A stretch of 64,000 nt of DNA from Microcoleus sp. (GCA_042408215.1 JAYFMW010000006.1:192001-256000); one strand, 5' to 3'. Numbered from the stretch's first letter, positions 19,566 through 31,002 are shown. A program made the numbers and translations. Notes: a model not told the origin generated them from the letters alone.

Positions 19566-20075
19566 TCAATGTCCTTGATGCTCCTGTTTCGTCACCACTA
19601 CTCTTTGGGCCGTAAAATCAGTAGCCGCGGCATTCTCAACCAGACTAATTTTTCCTTTCAAGCTTTCTCCCTCCACAATTCCTCGCAGTTTCACCACACT
19701 CTTTTGACTACCGCTGCTTGTTGACTCGCCGCAACCTGTTAAATTGGGAACCACACCGGATAAATTCAACCCTTGAATTTCCCACTTGCCAATTAGAGAA
19801 GGTTTCTCCTCAGCAGTTTTTTTGCCATCCACAGGGCTGTTGTCTGACTTCAAATTACCGCTCAAATAAACCCCTGATTGCTCAATTGTCAACACCAACG
19901 AGTCAGATTTCAAACATTCTGGCCAATTTTGAGCATCAAAGCGATAACTTCCGGCAATTGCAGGAGCAGCTTTCAAATTTGTTTCGCCGTAGGCAGTTAC
20001 TACCTTAAAAAGTACGGCAACGAAGGCTATCGCAATTCCGTAAAATGCCAATGACTTGAGGTTGAAATGACTCAT
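19566..20075 (-). CDS. Hypothetical protein with an N-terminal TM, downstream of the antiporter
   Basis: Likely start [13 protein letters not shown] at 20075; the longer ORF extension is STRR-encoded. Confidence 0.75.
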   Translation of the reverse strand: MSHFNLKSLAFYGIAIAFVAVLFKVVTAYGETNLKAAPAIAGSYRFDAQNWPECLKSDSLVLTIEQSGVYLSGNLKSDNSPVDGKKTAEEKPSLIGKWEIQGLNLSGVVPNLTGCGESTSSGSQKSVVKLRGIVEGESLKGKISLVENAAATDFTAQRVVVTKQEHQGH

Positions 20076-20079
20076 AATT

Positions 20080-20395
20080 TTGGGAATGGGGAATGGGGAA
20101 TGGGGAATGGGGAATGGGGAATGGGGAATGGGGAATGGGGAATTGGGAATGGGGAATTGGGAATTGGGAATTGGGAATTGGGAATTGGGAATGGGGAATG
20201 GGGAATTGGGAATTGGGAATTGGGAATTGGGAATGGGGAATTGGGAATGGGGAATTGGGAATTGGTAGCAACTCACAAATAACCAATAACAAATAACCAA
20301 TAACAACAGTCAACTAACAACAGTCAACTAACAACAGTCAACTAACAACAGCCAACAGTCAACTGTCAACAGTTAACAGTCAACTGTCAACTAAC
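20080..20395. repeat. STRR arrays (GGGAATG/GGGAATT)n and AACAGTC/CAACTAA heptamers
   Basis: Directly visible. Confidence 0.95.
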
Positions 20396-22599
20396 TACAT
20401 TTGAGGAAGTATCGAAGCCAGGTGCGATCGCACTTTAACGTAACACCGCGCAATCAGCAGCGAAGAGTGACACCGAACTGCCAATTCATCAGTATATTGT
20501 CCCAAAGTTTGGCGCTCAATTCCCCACTCCCGACTCGTACCCGCAATAGTCAAATCAGCATTAGCAGAAGCCGCGACTACTGCTTGAATTGGCTCCGCCG
20601 CCTCCACAATCGGGGTTTCAATGCGCGATCGCACCTCCACCGGCAACTGCTCGATTACCCGCCGAAACTCGTAACTGAGCTCATTTTCAGCTTCACCGTC
20701 AACTGCCACCCGCAGCACCGTCAAACGGCGTTCCTGGCTATTAACTAACAGTCTTAGTGCCAATTCTAATCCCAAATCGTCGTGAATATTTGCCGCGTAA
20801 GGCACTAACAAATTATTCAACCGTTCCCGGCCTCTGTCAACAAAAATTGCTACATCCACTTTAGCAGTGCTCAAAATCTGACCGACACGTCCTCCCAAAC
20901 GGTTGCTGCTAAAAGTAGGTCTGTGCCATCCTACCAAGATTAAATCCGCGCGATCGAGTTCGGCAATTTGTGCAGTTTCCCGCGCTACGTCATTAGTAAC
21001 ACGAATAATGGGATGCACCAAGTTCCGAGCTTCTGGAGGCTGCAAACTCTCAATCAACTCTGATAATTTCCCTAGGCGCTCTTGGATAATGCGATCGGCT
21101 TCCGCAGGCGTACTTTCAAAGGCATAATCCTCACTTAATTCTATCAAACTCAGAGGATGAACCGCCGCCGACTGCAAATCGCTACCACCCATACCCGCAG
21201 CCGGCTGCGCCAGCGATACCGCCAGTTGCAGCAAACCTTTCTGGGTGCTGGGATTAGCAACTGGTACTAAAATTCGATAAGTTGGCAGCAATTCCTTATT
21301 GGTTTCTTTGAGATCGCCAGCACTTTTTGAATCTTCTAATTCTGAATCATCAGAGCTAAATTCTGAAATATCTAACCGAATCAGCCGTTTCGGATAAGTC
21401 CACTCCAACAGCGGCGAAGTCATAAAAGTTGTCACCAAAGCCATAATCACTAACATTGTAAATAAAATCGGCGAAATTACCCCCAGAGAAAGACCGATAT
21501 TCAGCACAATTAATTCGGTCAAACCGCGAGTATTCATCATCCATCCCAGGGCTGAAGCTTCGCGGTTGCTTATGCCACAAACTCTAGCAGCCGCGTAAGT
21601 ACCGACATATTTCCCAATAATTGCTACTCCTAAAACAGCGGCGCATAGCAACCACAATTCTGGACTATTTAGCAGGCCAATTTGAGTCCGCAAACCGCTG
21701 TAAGCAAAAAATATTGGCAGCAGAAATATTAGTACAAAGTCTTCGGTTTTTTCAGCTAATTCTCTGGTTAATCCCGCATTTTTGGGCATGGCCGCTCCCA
21801 GCAAAAATGCACCGAAGATTAAGTGAATTCCAATCCATTCAGTAATTAAGGCAGATGCTACAACTCCCATGTAAATTCCGGCCAGGACTAACTGAGTTAA
21901 TCTGCCGGTGCGGTTGTAGTGTTTGGAAAGCCGCTGCAAGAACCAGCGGACTACAGTCAGCATGAAAGCGATATAAATTAAAGATGCAAAAATTGTTGGC
22001 AAAGCGCCGATCATTGAATTAGTGCGAGTAACTGCGATCGCCACTGCTAACAAACACCAAGCTGTCACATCGTCTACCGCCGCGCAAGTCAGGGCTAACG
22101 TCCCCAATTTGGTATTCTGCAAGTTGTGTTCGGTAATGATTCTTGCCAGTACCGGAAATGCTGTAATTGACATCGCCGCCCCCAAAAACAGCGCAAAGGC
22201 AGTAAAAGAAACGCTGTTGTTTGAGACAATCGGATACAGCAGCAGTGCTAGCAAACTTCCCAGGGAAAATGGCACTAAAATGCTGACGTGGGAAGTCAAA
22301 ATTGCTGTGTCTAAGTTGTTTTTGAGGTACTTCGGATTCAGTTCCAAACCGATCAAAAACATGAAAAATATCAGCCCAATTTCCGATAGCACCTCCAGGA
22401 AAGGGACGGCCTCGGCTGGAAAAACTGCTGCTGCTAAATCTGGGGCTACCAAACCAAACAGAGACGGGCCGAGCATAATTCCGGCTACGATTTCTCCAAT
22501 GACTTGGGGTTGCTTGATCCAGCGGAATCCCAAACCGACAAGTCGGGACAGTGCGATGACAATTAGAACTTCAACTAGAACTAGAATGGCGATCGGCAT
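20395..22599 (-). CDS. CPA2 cation:proton antiporter with C-terminal USP-like domains
   Basis: QPQVIGEIVAGIMLGPS, SITAFPVLARI, AAVDDVTAW, MNTRGLTELIVLNIG; ILVPVANP. Confidence 0.92.
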   Translation of the reverse strand: MPIAILVLVEVLIVIALSRLVGLGFRWIKQPQVIGEIVAGIMLGPSLFGLVAPDLAAAVFPAEAVPFLEVLSEIGLIFFMFLIGLELNPKYLKNNLDTAILTSHVSILVPFSLGSLLALLLYPIVSNNSVSFTAFALFLGAAMSITAFPVLARIITEHNLQNTKLGTLALTCAAVDDVTAWCLLAVAIAVTRTNSMIGALPTIFASLIYIAFMLTVVRWFLQRLSKHYNRTGRLTQLVLAGIYMGVVASALITEWIGIHLIFGAFLLGAAMPKNAGLTRELAEKTEDFVLIFLLPIFFAYSGLRTQIGLLNSPELWLLCAAVLGVAIIGKYVGTYAAARVCGISNREASALGWMMNTRGLTELIVLNIGLSLGVISPILFTMLVIMALVTTFMTSPLLEWTYPKRLIRLDISEFSSDDSELEDSKSAGDLKETNKELLPTYRILVPVANPSTQKGLLQLAVSLAQPAAGMGGSDLQSAAVHPLSLIELSEDYAFESTPAEADRIIQERLGKLSELIESLQPPEARNLVHPIIRVTNDVARETAQIAELDRADLILVGWHRPTFSSNRLGGRVGQILSTAKVDVAIFVDRGRERLNNLLVPYAANIHDDLGLELALRLLVNSQERRLTVLRVAVDGEAENELSYEFRRVIEQLPVEVRSRIETPIVEAAEPIQAVVAASANADLTIAGTSREWGIERQTLGQYTDELAVRCHSSLLIARCYVKVRSHLASILPQM

Positions 22600-22929
22600 G
22601 GTGTTTTTAGATTGGGGATTTTTGCTAATGTTAAGAGCGACAAGTGCAAAGGGCAAAATTGGCGATCGAGAAAAATCGCGATCGGGCCCGATCGAAGATA
22701 GAAAGCACTGGAGACAACACCAACAAGGCAATTGTGTCACGATCAACTCAGCCTTGACAATCTTAAACCTGGATTTTTGATTTTGATGCCGCAACCAAGC
22801 CGGCGAAAATAAAGTTTTGATCGATCGCTTCTACATAAGTCCCTTCTACATCAGCGCCTTCTGCCTTCCCAATCTAAGATAGTCAGACAAAGTGGCGCAG
22901 GCTGTGATAAGCTAGAAAAGTTGTTTAAA

Positions 22930-23012
22930 TTCGCACATCCGGGTTTTCGGGTGTTTCTAAGGCGCAAACCTTCAGAAATACGACCGGGTGGAGGATTAAC
23001 CCGAATTAGGAG
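22930..23012 (+). promoter_or_regulatory. rpsB leader (S2 autoregulatory RNA)
   Basis: GCACATCCG...GGGTG...CGGGTGGAGG..TAACCC pattern directly upstream of rpsB-tsf. Confidence 0.65.
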
Positions 23013-23023
23013 TTAAAAATACC

Positions 23024-23845
23024 ATGCCAGTAGTCAGTTTGGCTCAAATGTTAGAGTCAGGAGTTCACTTCGGACACCAAACCCGTCGGTGGAACCCGAA
23101 AATGGCTCCCTACATTTTTACAGAGCGCAATGGGGTTCACATCATCGACCTCGTGCAAACCGCTCAGCTCATGGAAGAAGCCTACGAGTATATGAGAGTA
23201 GCCTCGGAAAAAGGCAAAAAGTTTCTGTTCGTGGGTACGAAGCGCCAAGCGGCCGGGATTGTGGCACAAGAAGCCCAGCGCTGCGGCGCTTACTACGTCA
23301 ACCAGCGCTGGCTGGGGGGAATGCTTACCAACTGGACGACAATTAAGTCGCGGGTGGAACGCCTCAAGGATTTGGAGCGCCGCGAGGAAATAGGCGCTCT
23401 CGATTTGCTGCCGAAAAAAGAAGCTTCGGTGCTGCGGCGGGAAATGGCCAAACTCCAGAAATATCTGGGCGGAATTAAGTCTATGCGGAAGATTCCCGAC
23501 GGAGTGGTGCTGGTAGACCAACGCCGGGAGTACAATGCTGTTTTGGAATGCCAAAAATTGGGAATTCCGATCGTATCTTTGCTGGATACTAACTGTGACC
23601 CGGATTTGGTGGACATTGCGATTCCCGCTAACGACGATGCCATTCGATCGATTAAGCTAATTGTGGGCAAGTTGGCTGATGCCATCTACGAAGGCCGTCA
23701 CGGTCAGCAGGAGGGTAACGACATGGATGAAGACTACGACTACGAAGGTGCTTACGAAGGTGCTGAATATGACGTAGAAATCGAAGAGTTGGATGACCCC
23801 GACTATGTAGATCCCGACGCCGAAGGCGAAGCCGACGCAGAATAA
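23024..23845 (+). CDS. rpsB: 30S ribosomal protein S2
   Basis: [38 protein letters not shown]. Confidence 0.99.
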   Translation: MPVVSLAQMLESGVHFGHQTRRWNPKMAPYIFTERNGVHIIDLVQTAQLMEEAYEYMRVASEKGKKFLFVGTKRQAAGIVAQEAQRCGAYYVNQRWLGGMLTNWTTIKSRVERLKDLERREEIGALDLLPKKEASVLRREMAKLQKYLGGIKSMRKIPDGVVLVDQRREYNAVLECQKLGIPIVSLLDTNCDPDLVDIAIPANDDAIRSIKLIVGKLADAIYEGRHGQQEGNDMDEDYDYEGAYEGAEYDVEIEELDDPDYVDPDAEGEADAE

Positions 23846-23940
23846 ACCCAGCAATAGTAGGCCGCTGGGAATTGAACACCGGGCAATTAAAAATTAAAAA
23901 TGTCAAATTAAAAACGATCATTTTTAATTTTTAATTGTGA

Positions 23941-24031
23941 TAGGACTTACGCACAGACTCTACTTGTAAGACGATGCACAACGCACCTTACTACTATCGT
24001 GTAAAAATTGACTCATGCAGCGTAAGTCCTG
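23941..24031. mobile_element. 91-bp MITE of the CAGGACTTACGCA-type TIR family
   Basis: TAGGACTTACGC...GCGTAAGTCCTG with a 5-bp TSD TGTGA (23936-40, 24032-36). Confidence 0.85.
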
Positions 24032-24059
24032 TGTGACTGACATTGGTCTCGGTCATTAG

Positions 24060-24165
24060 TAGACTTCCTGCAAAAGCATTCATTGCGTCAGCGCCAGAAT
24101 AAATTCTGGCGCTACACATACAAAGTCCCAATGGTGCGGGGAATAAAGATTTTGCAAGAAGCCCA
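24060..24165. mobile_element. Degenerate MITE-like element
   Basis: Imperfect terminal IRs AGACTTCCTGCAAAA / TTTTGCAAGAAGCCC around a GCGCCAGAAT..ATTCTGGCGC hairpin. Confidence 0.5.
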
Positions 24166-24264
24166 ATCATCAATATCAGATTAAAAACTAATAACTGATG
24201 ACTAATGACTAATGACTAATGACTAATGACTAAATAACTAATTTTGATTGGGAACAGAGAGAAG

Positions 24265-24924
24265 ATGGCGGACATATCTGCAAAACTTGTTAAAGAACTG
24301 CGCGACAAAACTGGCGCCGGCATGATGGATTGCAAAAAAGCCCTCATTGAAAATGAAGGCAATATGGAAATATCCATTGAGTGGCTGCGGAAAAAAGGCC
24401 TGGCCTCCGCAGGCAAAAAAGCGGGACGTGTTGCTTCTGAAGGACTCGTAGGTAGCTACATTCATACCGGCGGCCGCGTTGGGGTGTTGGTGGAAGTTAA
24501 CTGCGAAACCGATTTTGTCGCCCGCCGCGAGGAGTTCCAAAGTCTGGTGCGGAATATTGCGATGCAAATTGCAGCTTGTCCGAATGTGGAATACGTGAAA
24601 GTTGAGGATATCCCAGCGGAAGTTGTCGCAAGAGAAAAGGCAATTGAAATGGGTAAGGATGACTTGGGCAACAAGCCGGAAAATATCAAAGAAAAGATTG
24701 TTCAAGGGCGGATTGATAAGCGTTTGAAAGAGTTGTCTTTGATGGATCAGCCTTTTATTCGAGATCAAAATATCTCGGTGGAAGAGTTGGTAAAACAAAC
24801 CATTGCTCAAATTGGCGAAAATGTCCAAGTGCGCCGCTTCGTGCGTTTTGTGTTGGGCGAAGGTATTGAGAAGGTAGAAGCTAACTTTGCCGATGAAGTG
24901 GCGGCCCAAATGGGTGCTCAATAA
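24265..24924 (+). CDS. tsf: Elongation factor Ts (short cyanobacterial form)
   Basis: [35 protein letters not shown]. Confidence 0.99.
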   Translation: MADISAKLVKELRDKTGAGMMDCKKALIENEGNMEISIEWLRKKGLASAGKKAGRVASEGLVGSYIHTGGRVGVLVEVNCETDFVARREEFQSLVRNIAMQIAACPNVEYVKVEDIPAEVVAREKAIEMGKDDLGNKPENIKEKIVQGRIDKRLKELSLMDQPFIRDQNISVEELVKQTIAQIGENVQVRRFVRFVLGEGIEKVEANFADEVAAQMGAQ

Positions 24925-24998
24925 TCAAAGATTGAGATTGAGAATTAAGAATTAAAAATGTCAGAATAGTTTTTGGCATTTTTAATTTTTAATTTTTA

Positions 24999-25100
24999 CA
25001 GGACTTATGCACTGTAGCAAAAACCCGGTTTCTCACCAGTATTTAACCGAGAGTCAGACAATTTGTGGCAGAAACCGGGTTTTTTTGCCCGCAGGTTCTA
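24999..25100. mobile_element. Degenerate MITE of the CAGGACTTACGCA-type family
   Basis: Left TIR CAGGACTTATGCA; internal AAACCCGGTTTCT/AGAAACCGGGTTT; right TIR eroded. Confidence 0.55.
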
Positions 25101-25124
25101 TTCTAATTTTACACGGGAGATAGG

Positions 25125-25979
25125 GTGGGAGCAAGAGAGCGCATAGAACAGGATTTGACAGAACTATCCGAGGCGATGGCAGCCTTGAATTTGGAGTTTC
25201 GCAGCACCTACAAGGCTTATTTAACTGCTTTGGGACAAGCGGTGCGGCAGCAGTTAATTTTGGCTTGCTATCACCTTTGCACTCAAGCGGCGCCGGAGTC
25301 GTTTCTCAAGTTGTCTTTTGATGGGCGACAAAAAATGCAGCATTCGGTACGCAGTTTGGCAATGGCATCTCAAGAAAAATTGCGATCGCTGGTGACACAA
25401 TCAGAGTCAGAGTCAGAAATCGAGTCAGAGTCAGAGTCGGAAATCGAGTCAGAGTCAGACTTTTTCGCCATTAATTTTCAATTTCCAGCGAGAAATAACC
25501 AGTTGTCTATGGCGAATTCCCCCGAAAGTTGGGCGCGCTGGCAAGAGAGTATTGAAAAGTCGATCGCTAATATTATCAAGCTGCTTTCTCGTGACACAAA
25601 CCGCTTGTTGAAACAGGTGGGAATCTTGCCGCATCAATTGCCGGAACCTGTTTTATTAGCAGCTTCTCAAGCTGATTCATCCGGCGACAGTGTTGCAGGG
25701 CCTCCTAATTTATTAAACTTAATTATTGAAACCAATGACTCCTCAGAATCGGAAAGCTTGGGAGAAACCAGAGGTACTACTGCCATCCAGATTACAGCGA
25801 TTAAGCTCCGGTTGTCGGAAATAGAGTTTGCTGATGCGGACACCTCGGCTTGGCGTCAGCAAATTCGCAACCTCTCTGTGCGGTTAAATGCGATCGGGCG
25901 CGATTACCAGAAAAAGCAGCGGGAATTAGCTGTAGTGGAGGCTGAGTCGGCTTGGCGAGCGAGTTGGTTTGAAGATTAA
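25125..25979 (+). CDS. Conserved cyanobacterial hypothetical protein upstream of recG
   Basis: YLTALGQAVRQQLILACYHLCTQ, LRLSEIEFAD, AEAW-like C-terminus AESAWRASWFED. Confidence 0.8.
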   Translation: MGARERIEQDLTELSEAMAALNLEFRSTYKAYLTALGQAVRQQLILACYHLCTQAAPESFLKLSFDGRQKMQHSVRSLAMASQEKLRSLVTQSESESEIESESESEIESESDFFAINFQFPARNNQLSMANSPESWARWQESIEKSIANIIKLLSRDTNRLLKQVGILPHQLPEPVLLAASQADSSGDSVAGPPNLLNLIIETNDSSESESLGETRGTTAIQITAIKLRLSEIEFADADTSAWRQQIRNLSVRLNAIGRDYQKKQRELAVVEAESAWRASWFED

Positions 25980-26119
25980 TTAGTCATTAGTCATTAGTCA
26001 TTAGTCATTAGTTGTTATTTTTTTTGGTTATTTTTGGGTTAGAATAGGCAATTATCAATCACCGATCACCCATAACCAATAACTCATTTAAAATCTCAAA
26101 TCTCAAATCTCAAATCGAT

Positions 26120-28615
26120 ATGACTAATAACCAACCAGAATGGCGGCGATGGCAGAAAGCTCTCTCAGTAGAAGCCGATCGCGGATTTAATGACTTACAA
26201 GGCAGTCAATACCGCTTTAGCGAGTTTCTCAGTGTCAGCTTGAGGCAACTCGCAGGTGTGTTGCCGGCTCATTTGCGCGATCGCTCGCGACAACTAGCTG
26301 CCGAATTTGACATCTACCCAGAGAAGGATATCGAAGAACGTCAGCATTTGCTCGCCATCACGGGTAGTTTTTTGAGCCAAATGCAGCGAGTTTGGGAAGC
26401 AGAAAGCAGCCAACAGGGGGAACCAGAAAGACCAGAAAGACCAGAAAGACAAGATCCGCCAATTTCCACTCCCCGAACAGCACCTCTGAGTTCAGCATCT
26501 GTACCGCTGAGTCTGACTCTTCAGCAAGAGTTGACTCGCGTCACGGGAATCGGCCCTGGGAACGGTAGCCGCTTGGCAAAATTGGGTTTATACACTGTAT
26601 ACGACTTGCTTTACTACTATCCCCGCAACCATATTGACTATGCCAAGAAAGTGCAAATTCGGGACTTAGTAGCTGGGGAAACTGTCACTTTGATAGCAGA
26701 AGTAAAGCGCTGCAATTGCTTTTCTAGTCCGAAAAATAAGAAGTTAACGATATTAGAATTAATTTTAAAAGACCGCACCGGCGAAATTAAAATCAGTCGC
26801 TTTTTTGCGGGGCCACGCTACAGCAATCGCGGCTGGCAAGAATACAAAAAACGCGAGTATTGTACGGGTGCGGTGCTGGCTGCTTCGGGGTTGGTGAAGC
26901 AGGGGAAATATGGCATTACTTTAGAAAATCCTGAATTAGAAGTATTGGATGACTCAGGAAGTGCGATCGAATCTATGAAAGTGGGCCGCCTGATCCCTGT
27001 TTATCCGCTGACGGATGGGGTGGATGCGGGTGTTGTGAGGCGGGGGATTTTGACTGTGATGCCTGCGGCTACGATGTTGTCGGAATCGCTGCCGGCCGAT
27101 TTGCGAGATCGCTACGGTTTAATGGGTATAGCCGATTCTGTGACTAACATTCACTTTCCAGTCGATCGAGATTGTTTAGCCGCCGCCCGCCGCCGCTTAG
27201 TTTTTGACGAGTTTTTCTATCTGCAATTAGGACTTTTGAAGCGCCGTCAAACGCAGCGAAAAGCTCAAGCTAGCGCCATTATTCTGCCTAGTGGCAAGTT
27301 AATCGAACATTTTTATGAAATATTACCTTTTGCTTTAACTAATGCTCAGCAAAGAGTAATTAACGACATTCTCAATGATTTAGCATCGGCGGAACCGATG
27401 AACAGATTGGTGCAAGGAGATGTCGGTGCTGGTAAAACAGTGGTAGCCGTGGTGGCAATGTTAGCAGCGATTCAATCTGGTTATCAAGCAGCTTTAATGG
27501 CACCGACGGAAGTGTTAGCAGAACAGCATTACCGCAAATTGGTAGGTTGGTTTAATTTGATGCACTTGTCAGTTGAATTGTTAACTGGTTCGACGAAAGT
27601 AGCCAAACGCCGCGAAATTCACAGCCAGTTAGAAACCGGAGAATTGCCTGTTTTAGTGGGAACCCACGCGCTAATTCAAGATACGGTAAATTTTCATAAA
27701 TTGGGTTTGGCAGTAATTGATGAACAGCACCGATTTGGGGTGCAACAGCGCGCTAAATTGCAGCAAAAAGGCGAATCTCCTCACGTTTTGACGATGACTG
27801 CTACTCCCATTCCTCGGACGTTGGCGCTGACTTTGCACGGCGATTTAGATGTGAGTCAAATTGATGAGTTGCCACCGGGAAGGCAGGCGATTCAAACGAC
27901 TGTTTTGTCTTCAAAGGAACGTAGTCAAGCTTACGATCTGATTCGGCGGGAAGTGGCAAGCGGGCATCAAGTTTATGTGGTTTTGCCGCTGGTGGAGGAG
28001 TCGGAAAAGCTGGATGTGCGATCGGCAATTGAGGAACAGGAAAAACTGCAAAAAAGTATATTTCCTGAGTTTAGGGTTGGTTTGCTGCACGGCAGAATGA
28101 GCAGTGCCGATAAGGATGAGGCAATTACTAAGTTTCGGGACAAAGAAACTGATATTTTGGTATCTACTACTGTTGTGGAAGTTGGAGTAGATGTGCCGAA
28201 TGCAACGGTGATGTTTATCGAGAATTCTGAGCGTTTTGGATTGTCACAGTTGCACCAGTTGCGGGGTCGAGTTGGTCGGGGAACCAGCCGTTCTTATTGT
28301 TTGTTAATGCCCGGTTCTAAGGCTACGGAGGCGATGCAAAGAATGAAGGTTTTAGAGCAATCTCAAGATGGCTTTTTTATTGCGGAAATGGACATGAGAT
28401 TGCGCGGGCCTGGTCAGGTTTTGGGAACTCGTCAATCGGGTTTGCCGGATTTTGCTTTGGCGAGTTTGGTGGAGGATCAGGAGGTTTTGGAGTTGGCGAG
28501 GGAGGCGGCTCAAATGGTGATTGATAGTGATGAAAGTTTGAATCAATGGCCGGTGGTGCGGGATGAGTTGGAACGGAGATATCAGCGGATGATGAGTGGG
28601 TCGATTTTGACTTAG
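26120..28615 (+). CDS. recG: ATP-dependent DNA helicase RecG
   Basis: RLVQGDVGAGKT, IDEQHRFG, MTATPIPRTL, QLHQLRGRVGRG, RGPG..LGTRQSG. Confidence 0.98.
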   Translation: MTNNQPEWRRWQKALSVEADRGFNDLQGSQYRFSEFLSVSLRQLAGVLPAHLRDRSRQLAAEFDIYPEKDIEERQHLLAITGSFLSQMQRVWEAESSQQGEPERPERPERQDPPISTPRTAPLSSASVPLSLTLQQELTRVTGIGPGNGSRLAKLGLYTVYDLLYYYPRNHIDYAKKVQIRDLVAGETVTLIAEVKRCNCFSSPKNKKLTILELILKDRTGEIKISRFFAGPRYSNRGWQEYKKREYCTGAVLAASGLVKQGKYGITLENPELEVLDDSGSAIESMKVGRLIPVYPLTDGVDAGVVRRGILTVMPAATMLSESLPADLRDRYGLMGIADSVTNIHFPVDRDCLAAARRRLVFDEFFYLQLGLLKRRQTQRKAQASAIILPSGKLIEHFYEILPFALTNAQQRVINDILNDLASAEPMNRLVQGDVGAGKTVVAVVAMLAAIQSGYQAALMAPTEVLAEQHYRKLVGWFNLMHLSVELLTGSTKVAKRREIHSQLETGELPVLVGTHALIQDTVNFHKLGLAVIDEQHRFGVQQRAKLQQKGESPHVLTMTATPIPRTLALTLHGDLDVSQIDELPPGRQAIQTTVLSSKERSQAYDLIRREVASGHQVYVVLPLVEESEKLDVRSAIEEQEKLQKSIFPEFRVGLLHGRMSSADKDEAITKFRDKETDILVSTTVVEVGVDVPNATVMFIENSERFGLSQLHQLRGRVGRGTSRSYCLLMPGSKATEAMQRMKVLEQSQDGFFIAEMDMRLRGPGQVLGTRQSGLPDFALASLVEDQEVLELAREAAQMVIDSDESLNQWPVVRDELERRYQRMMSGSILT

Positions 28616-28807
28616 AAATTATGATGATTTGTTGAGCATGAAAATTTAAGTTTTCGGGCGGGAAGGATGCCAACCCCTACTCCTCACAAGAGATAGATTA
28701 ATAGTTAGCTTTTAAACCCATCGCACAGGCGGGACGCCCGTGCCACGATGGATGGGGAGGGATTAAGGGCGATCGCACTATAGAAAAGTTAAAAAGTTAT
28801 TTTTTAG

Positions 28808-29155
28808 CTATAAATTCAAAAGAATGCGTAGTCTTTCTTCTACCATCATCAATGTTGTTGAAGAAACAGTACCCCACAGTTCAAAAAATCTGTCTATACT
28901 GATCGATCGCACATCTTCACATTTAATGAAACTTCGCTGTCTAAGTCCTCCTTCTGGGGGGTTAACTTCAACGTGCCAGGGAATTCCTTTATCTTTGGAT
29001 GTGACTGGCACCACAACGACTAATCCTGACGCACCCTGATTGAATAAATCTACAGATATCACCAGACAGGGACGCTTTCCAGCCTGTTCTCGCCCTCGTA
29101 TTGGGTTCAAGTCAATCAGCCATATATCACCCCGTGATGGTTTTGCTGAGGTCAT
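28808..29155 (-). CDS. PemK/MazF family toxin
   Basis: RGDIWLIDLNPIRGREQAGKRPCLVIS, VVVPVTS. Confidence 0.92.
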   Translation of the reverse strand: MTSAKPSRGDIWLIDLNPIRGREQAGKRPCLVISVDLFNQGASGLVVVVPVTSKDKGIPWHVEVNPPEGGLRQRSFIKCEDVRSISIDRFFELWGTVSSTTLMMVEERLRILLNL

Positions 29156-29397
29156 TCTAAACCATCCTCTAAAGTGATATCCCAAGCTTCGCGTTCTTCA
29201 AGTTCTTCTTGCCAAGCTTCTGGGCGATCGCGTAAGGTCAAATAAGCCTGGTTGGCTGCTTCTAAAAACTGTTGTCTTCGGTATTGTTCGATTGCTTGTT
29301 CGAGGACTGTTTGGATTGGTTTTCCTGAGCTTGCAGAGAGTTCTGCGAGGGTTTGATAAGATGTATTGCTGATTGTAACTGTAGAAGTTTGATTCAT
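29152..29397 (-). CDS. Ribbon-helix-helix antitoxin for the MazF-type toxin
   Basis: 81 aa with an ATGA overlap with the toxin; acidic C-terminus WDITLEDGLE. Confidence 0.85.
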   Translation of the reverse strand: MNQTSTVTISNTSYQTLAELSASSGKPIQTVLEQAIEQYRRQQFLEAANQAYLTLRDRPEAWQEELEEREAWDITLEDGLE

Positions 29398-29645
29398 GTT
29401 AGTTTTTTACCTACCACAATGTTACCCAACTATTATACCTTACAAGCTTGATGTTCGTACTTTTTTCGTTCGCAGGTACACGCTGATGGATGTAGTGGGG
29501 ATTAAGGGCGATCGCTCTTTTTGTCGTAAGGGCGATCGCCGCAGCTCGTCGCGGACTTGTATCCCTGTAGGATGAGCCATAATAGACAAAGCTGCAACCC
29601 TTGTAGCCCGATCGATTAACCAGCAACTATTGGAGTGTTTGATTT

Positions 29646-29846
29646 ATGCTAATTGAGAAGATCGTTCAAGAACTACAAGACATTCCCGAAGACAAACTCG
29701 CAGAAATCTATGACTTGATTCACTATTTTCGCCTCGGATTAGGACGAGAACAGCCACAGCCTCGCACCCCTGGTTTACTGACGGGAAAACTCGGTGATGC
29801 TTTTTTTGAACCCCTACCATTCGAGGAACTGGAAAAATGGGAATAA
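29646..29846 (+). CDS. Antitoxin (DUF2281/VapB-like)
   Basis: 66 aa, IPEDKLAEIYDLIHYF...RTPGLL.G...FFEPLP; overlaps the PIN toxin. Confidence 0.8.
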   Translation: MLIEKIVQELQDIPEDKLAEIYDLIHYFRLGLGREQPQPRTPGLLTGKLGDAFFEPLPFEELEKWE

Positions 29847-30235
29847 GCTACCTCATTGACACCCATATCCTGTTGTGGTGGCTCTTTGACGACCCCAAAC
29901 TCAATGCCCAATGCCGCGACATCATTCGCAACCCCGATTTTAATATCATTGTCAGCACTGTTTCAGCCTGGGAAATAGCCACCAAATATCGCATCGGTAA
30001 ACTTCCTGAAGCCAAACAGATTGTGGAGGAATATTCGCAAATTCTCCACCGAGCCAAATTTATTGAACTAGCTATAACTTCAGCCCATGCCCTCCGCGCT
30101 GGCAGCCTGCCGATTGCCCACCGTGACCCGTTTGACCGGATGATTATGGCACAAGCTGAACTCGAAAATTTGCCAGTTATTACCTACGATACAGCTTTTC
30201 ACACGGGGCTAATTCAAGTTATCCCCACCGCCTAA
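29837..30235 (+). CDS. VapC family PIN-domain toxin
   Basis: YLIDTHILLW, VSAWEIATK, HRDPFDRMIMAQA. Confidence 0.93.
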   Translation: MGISYLIDTHILLWWLFDDPKLNAQCRDIIRNPDFNIIVSTVSAWEIATKYRIGKLPEAKQIVEEYSQILHRAKFIELAITSAHALRAGSLPIAHRDPFDRMIMAQAELENLPVITYDTAFHTGLIQVIPTA

Positions 30236-30357
30236 TCAAGAGCATGAGCATCGGAAGGGCGATCGCACTTTTTGTCGTAAAGGGCGATCGCCTGTGGAAC
30301 TAAACCGATTATAATTGCTAAAATAAAACTGAACTGCTCTTTATCTATAATCAGATT

Positions 30358-30609
30358 ATGACTGTTATTGAACAGATTTATGCGATCGTCAAAACTCTTC
30401 CCCAAAATCAAGCTAGCGAAATTCTCACTTTCGCACAGTTTATTCGTGCCAAGTACCTGAATGGGAATCAATCCACCGATACAGTAGATGCTTTAATTCC
30501 TTGGACGGAACTGGTTTATTCCCTAGCTGGAACTTGGGCAGAAGACTTTCCTACTCTGGAAGAGATTCGTGCTGAGTCGGGGGAAGACATTTTGCGGGAG
30601 AGCTTTTAG
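30358..30609 (+). CDS. DUF2281-like antitoxin
   Basis: LPQNQASEILTFAQFI...LAGTW..DFPTLEEIR; abuts the PIN toxin. Confidence 0.8.
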   Translation: MTVIEQIYAIVKTLPQNQASEILTFAQFIRAKYLNGNQSTDTVDALIPWTELVYSLAGTWAEDFPTLEEIRAESGEDILRESF

Positions 30610-31002
30610 ATGTATATTTTGGATACAAACACATTAATTTACTACTTCAAAGGACAAGGACAAGTTGCCCAAAATTTTGCCAATGTATCTCCTGAAGAAA
30701 TTGGAATTTCCACGATCGTCCTATTTGAATTGCAAGTGGGTATTGCTAAATCTACTTCGCCTGCAAAGCGTACCCAACAACTTCATCAACTTTTGAGCCG
30801 AGTTAATCTTATTCCTTTCGATCGCGATTCTGCTGTTGCTGCTGCCACAATCCGCGCCCAATTGGAGCAACAAGGTACTCCGATCGGTCCGATGGATGTT
30901 TTGATTGCAGGGACAGCCTTAGCTTTGCAGGCAACTCTTGTTACTCACAATGTCAAGGAGTTTGCGAGAGTTTTTGGACTTGCGATCGCCGATTGGTATT
31001 GA
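30610..31002 (+). CDS. VapC family PIN-domain toxin
   Basis: YILDTNTLI, GTPIGPMDVLIAGTAL, LVTHNVKEFARV. Confidence 0.93.
   Translation: MYILDTNTLIYYFKGQGQVAQNFANVSPEEIGISTIVLFELQVGIAKSTSPAKRTQQLHQLLSRVNLIPFDRDSAVAAATIRAQLEQQGTPIGPMDVLIAGTALALQATLVTHNVKEFARVFGLAIADWY

Noticed and set aside
12451..20395. Tandem arrays as CRISPR
   Set aside because: Pure heptamer tandems with no unique spacers and no cas genes; these are ordinary cyanobacterial STRRs.
22022..24921. Long antisense ORFs opposite the antiporter, rpsB and tsf
   Set aside because: Shadows of well-supported genes on the other strand.
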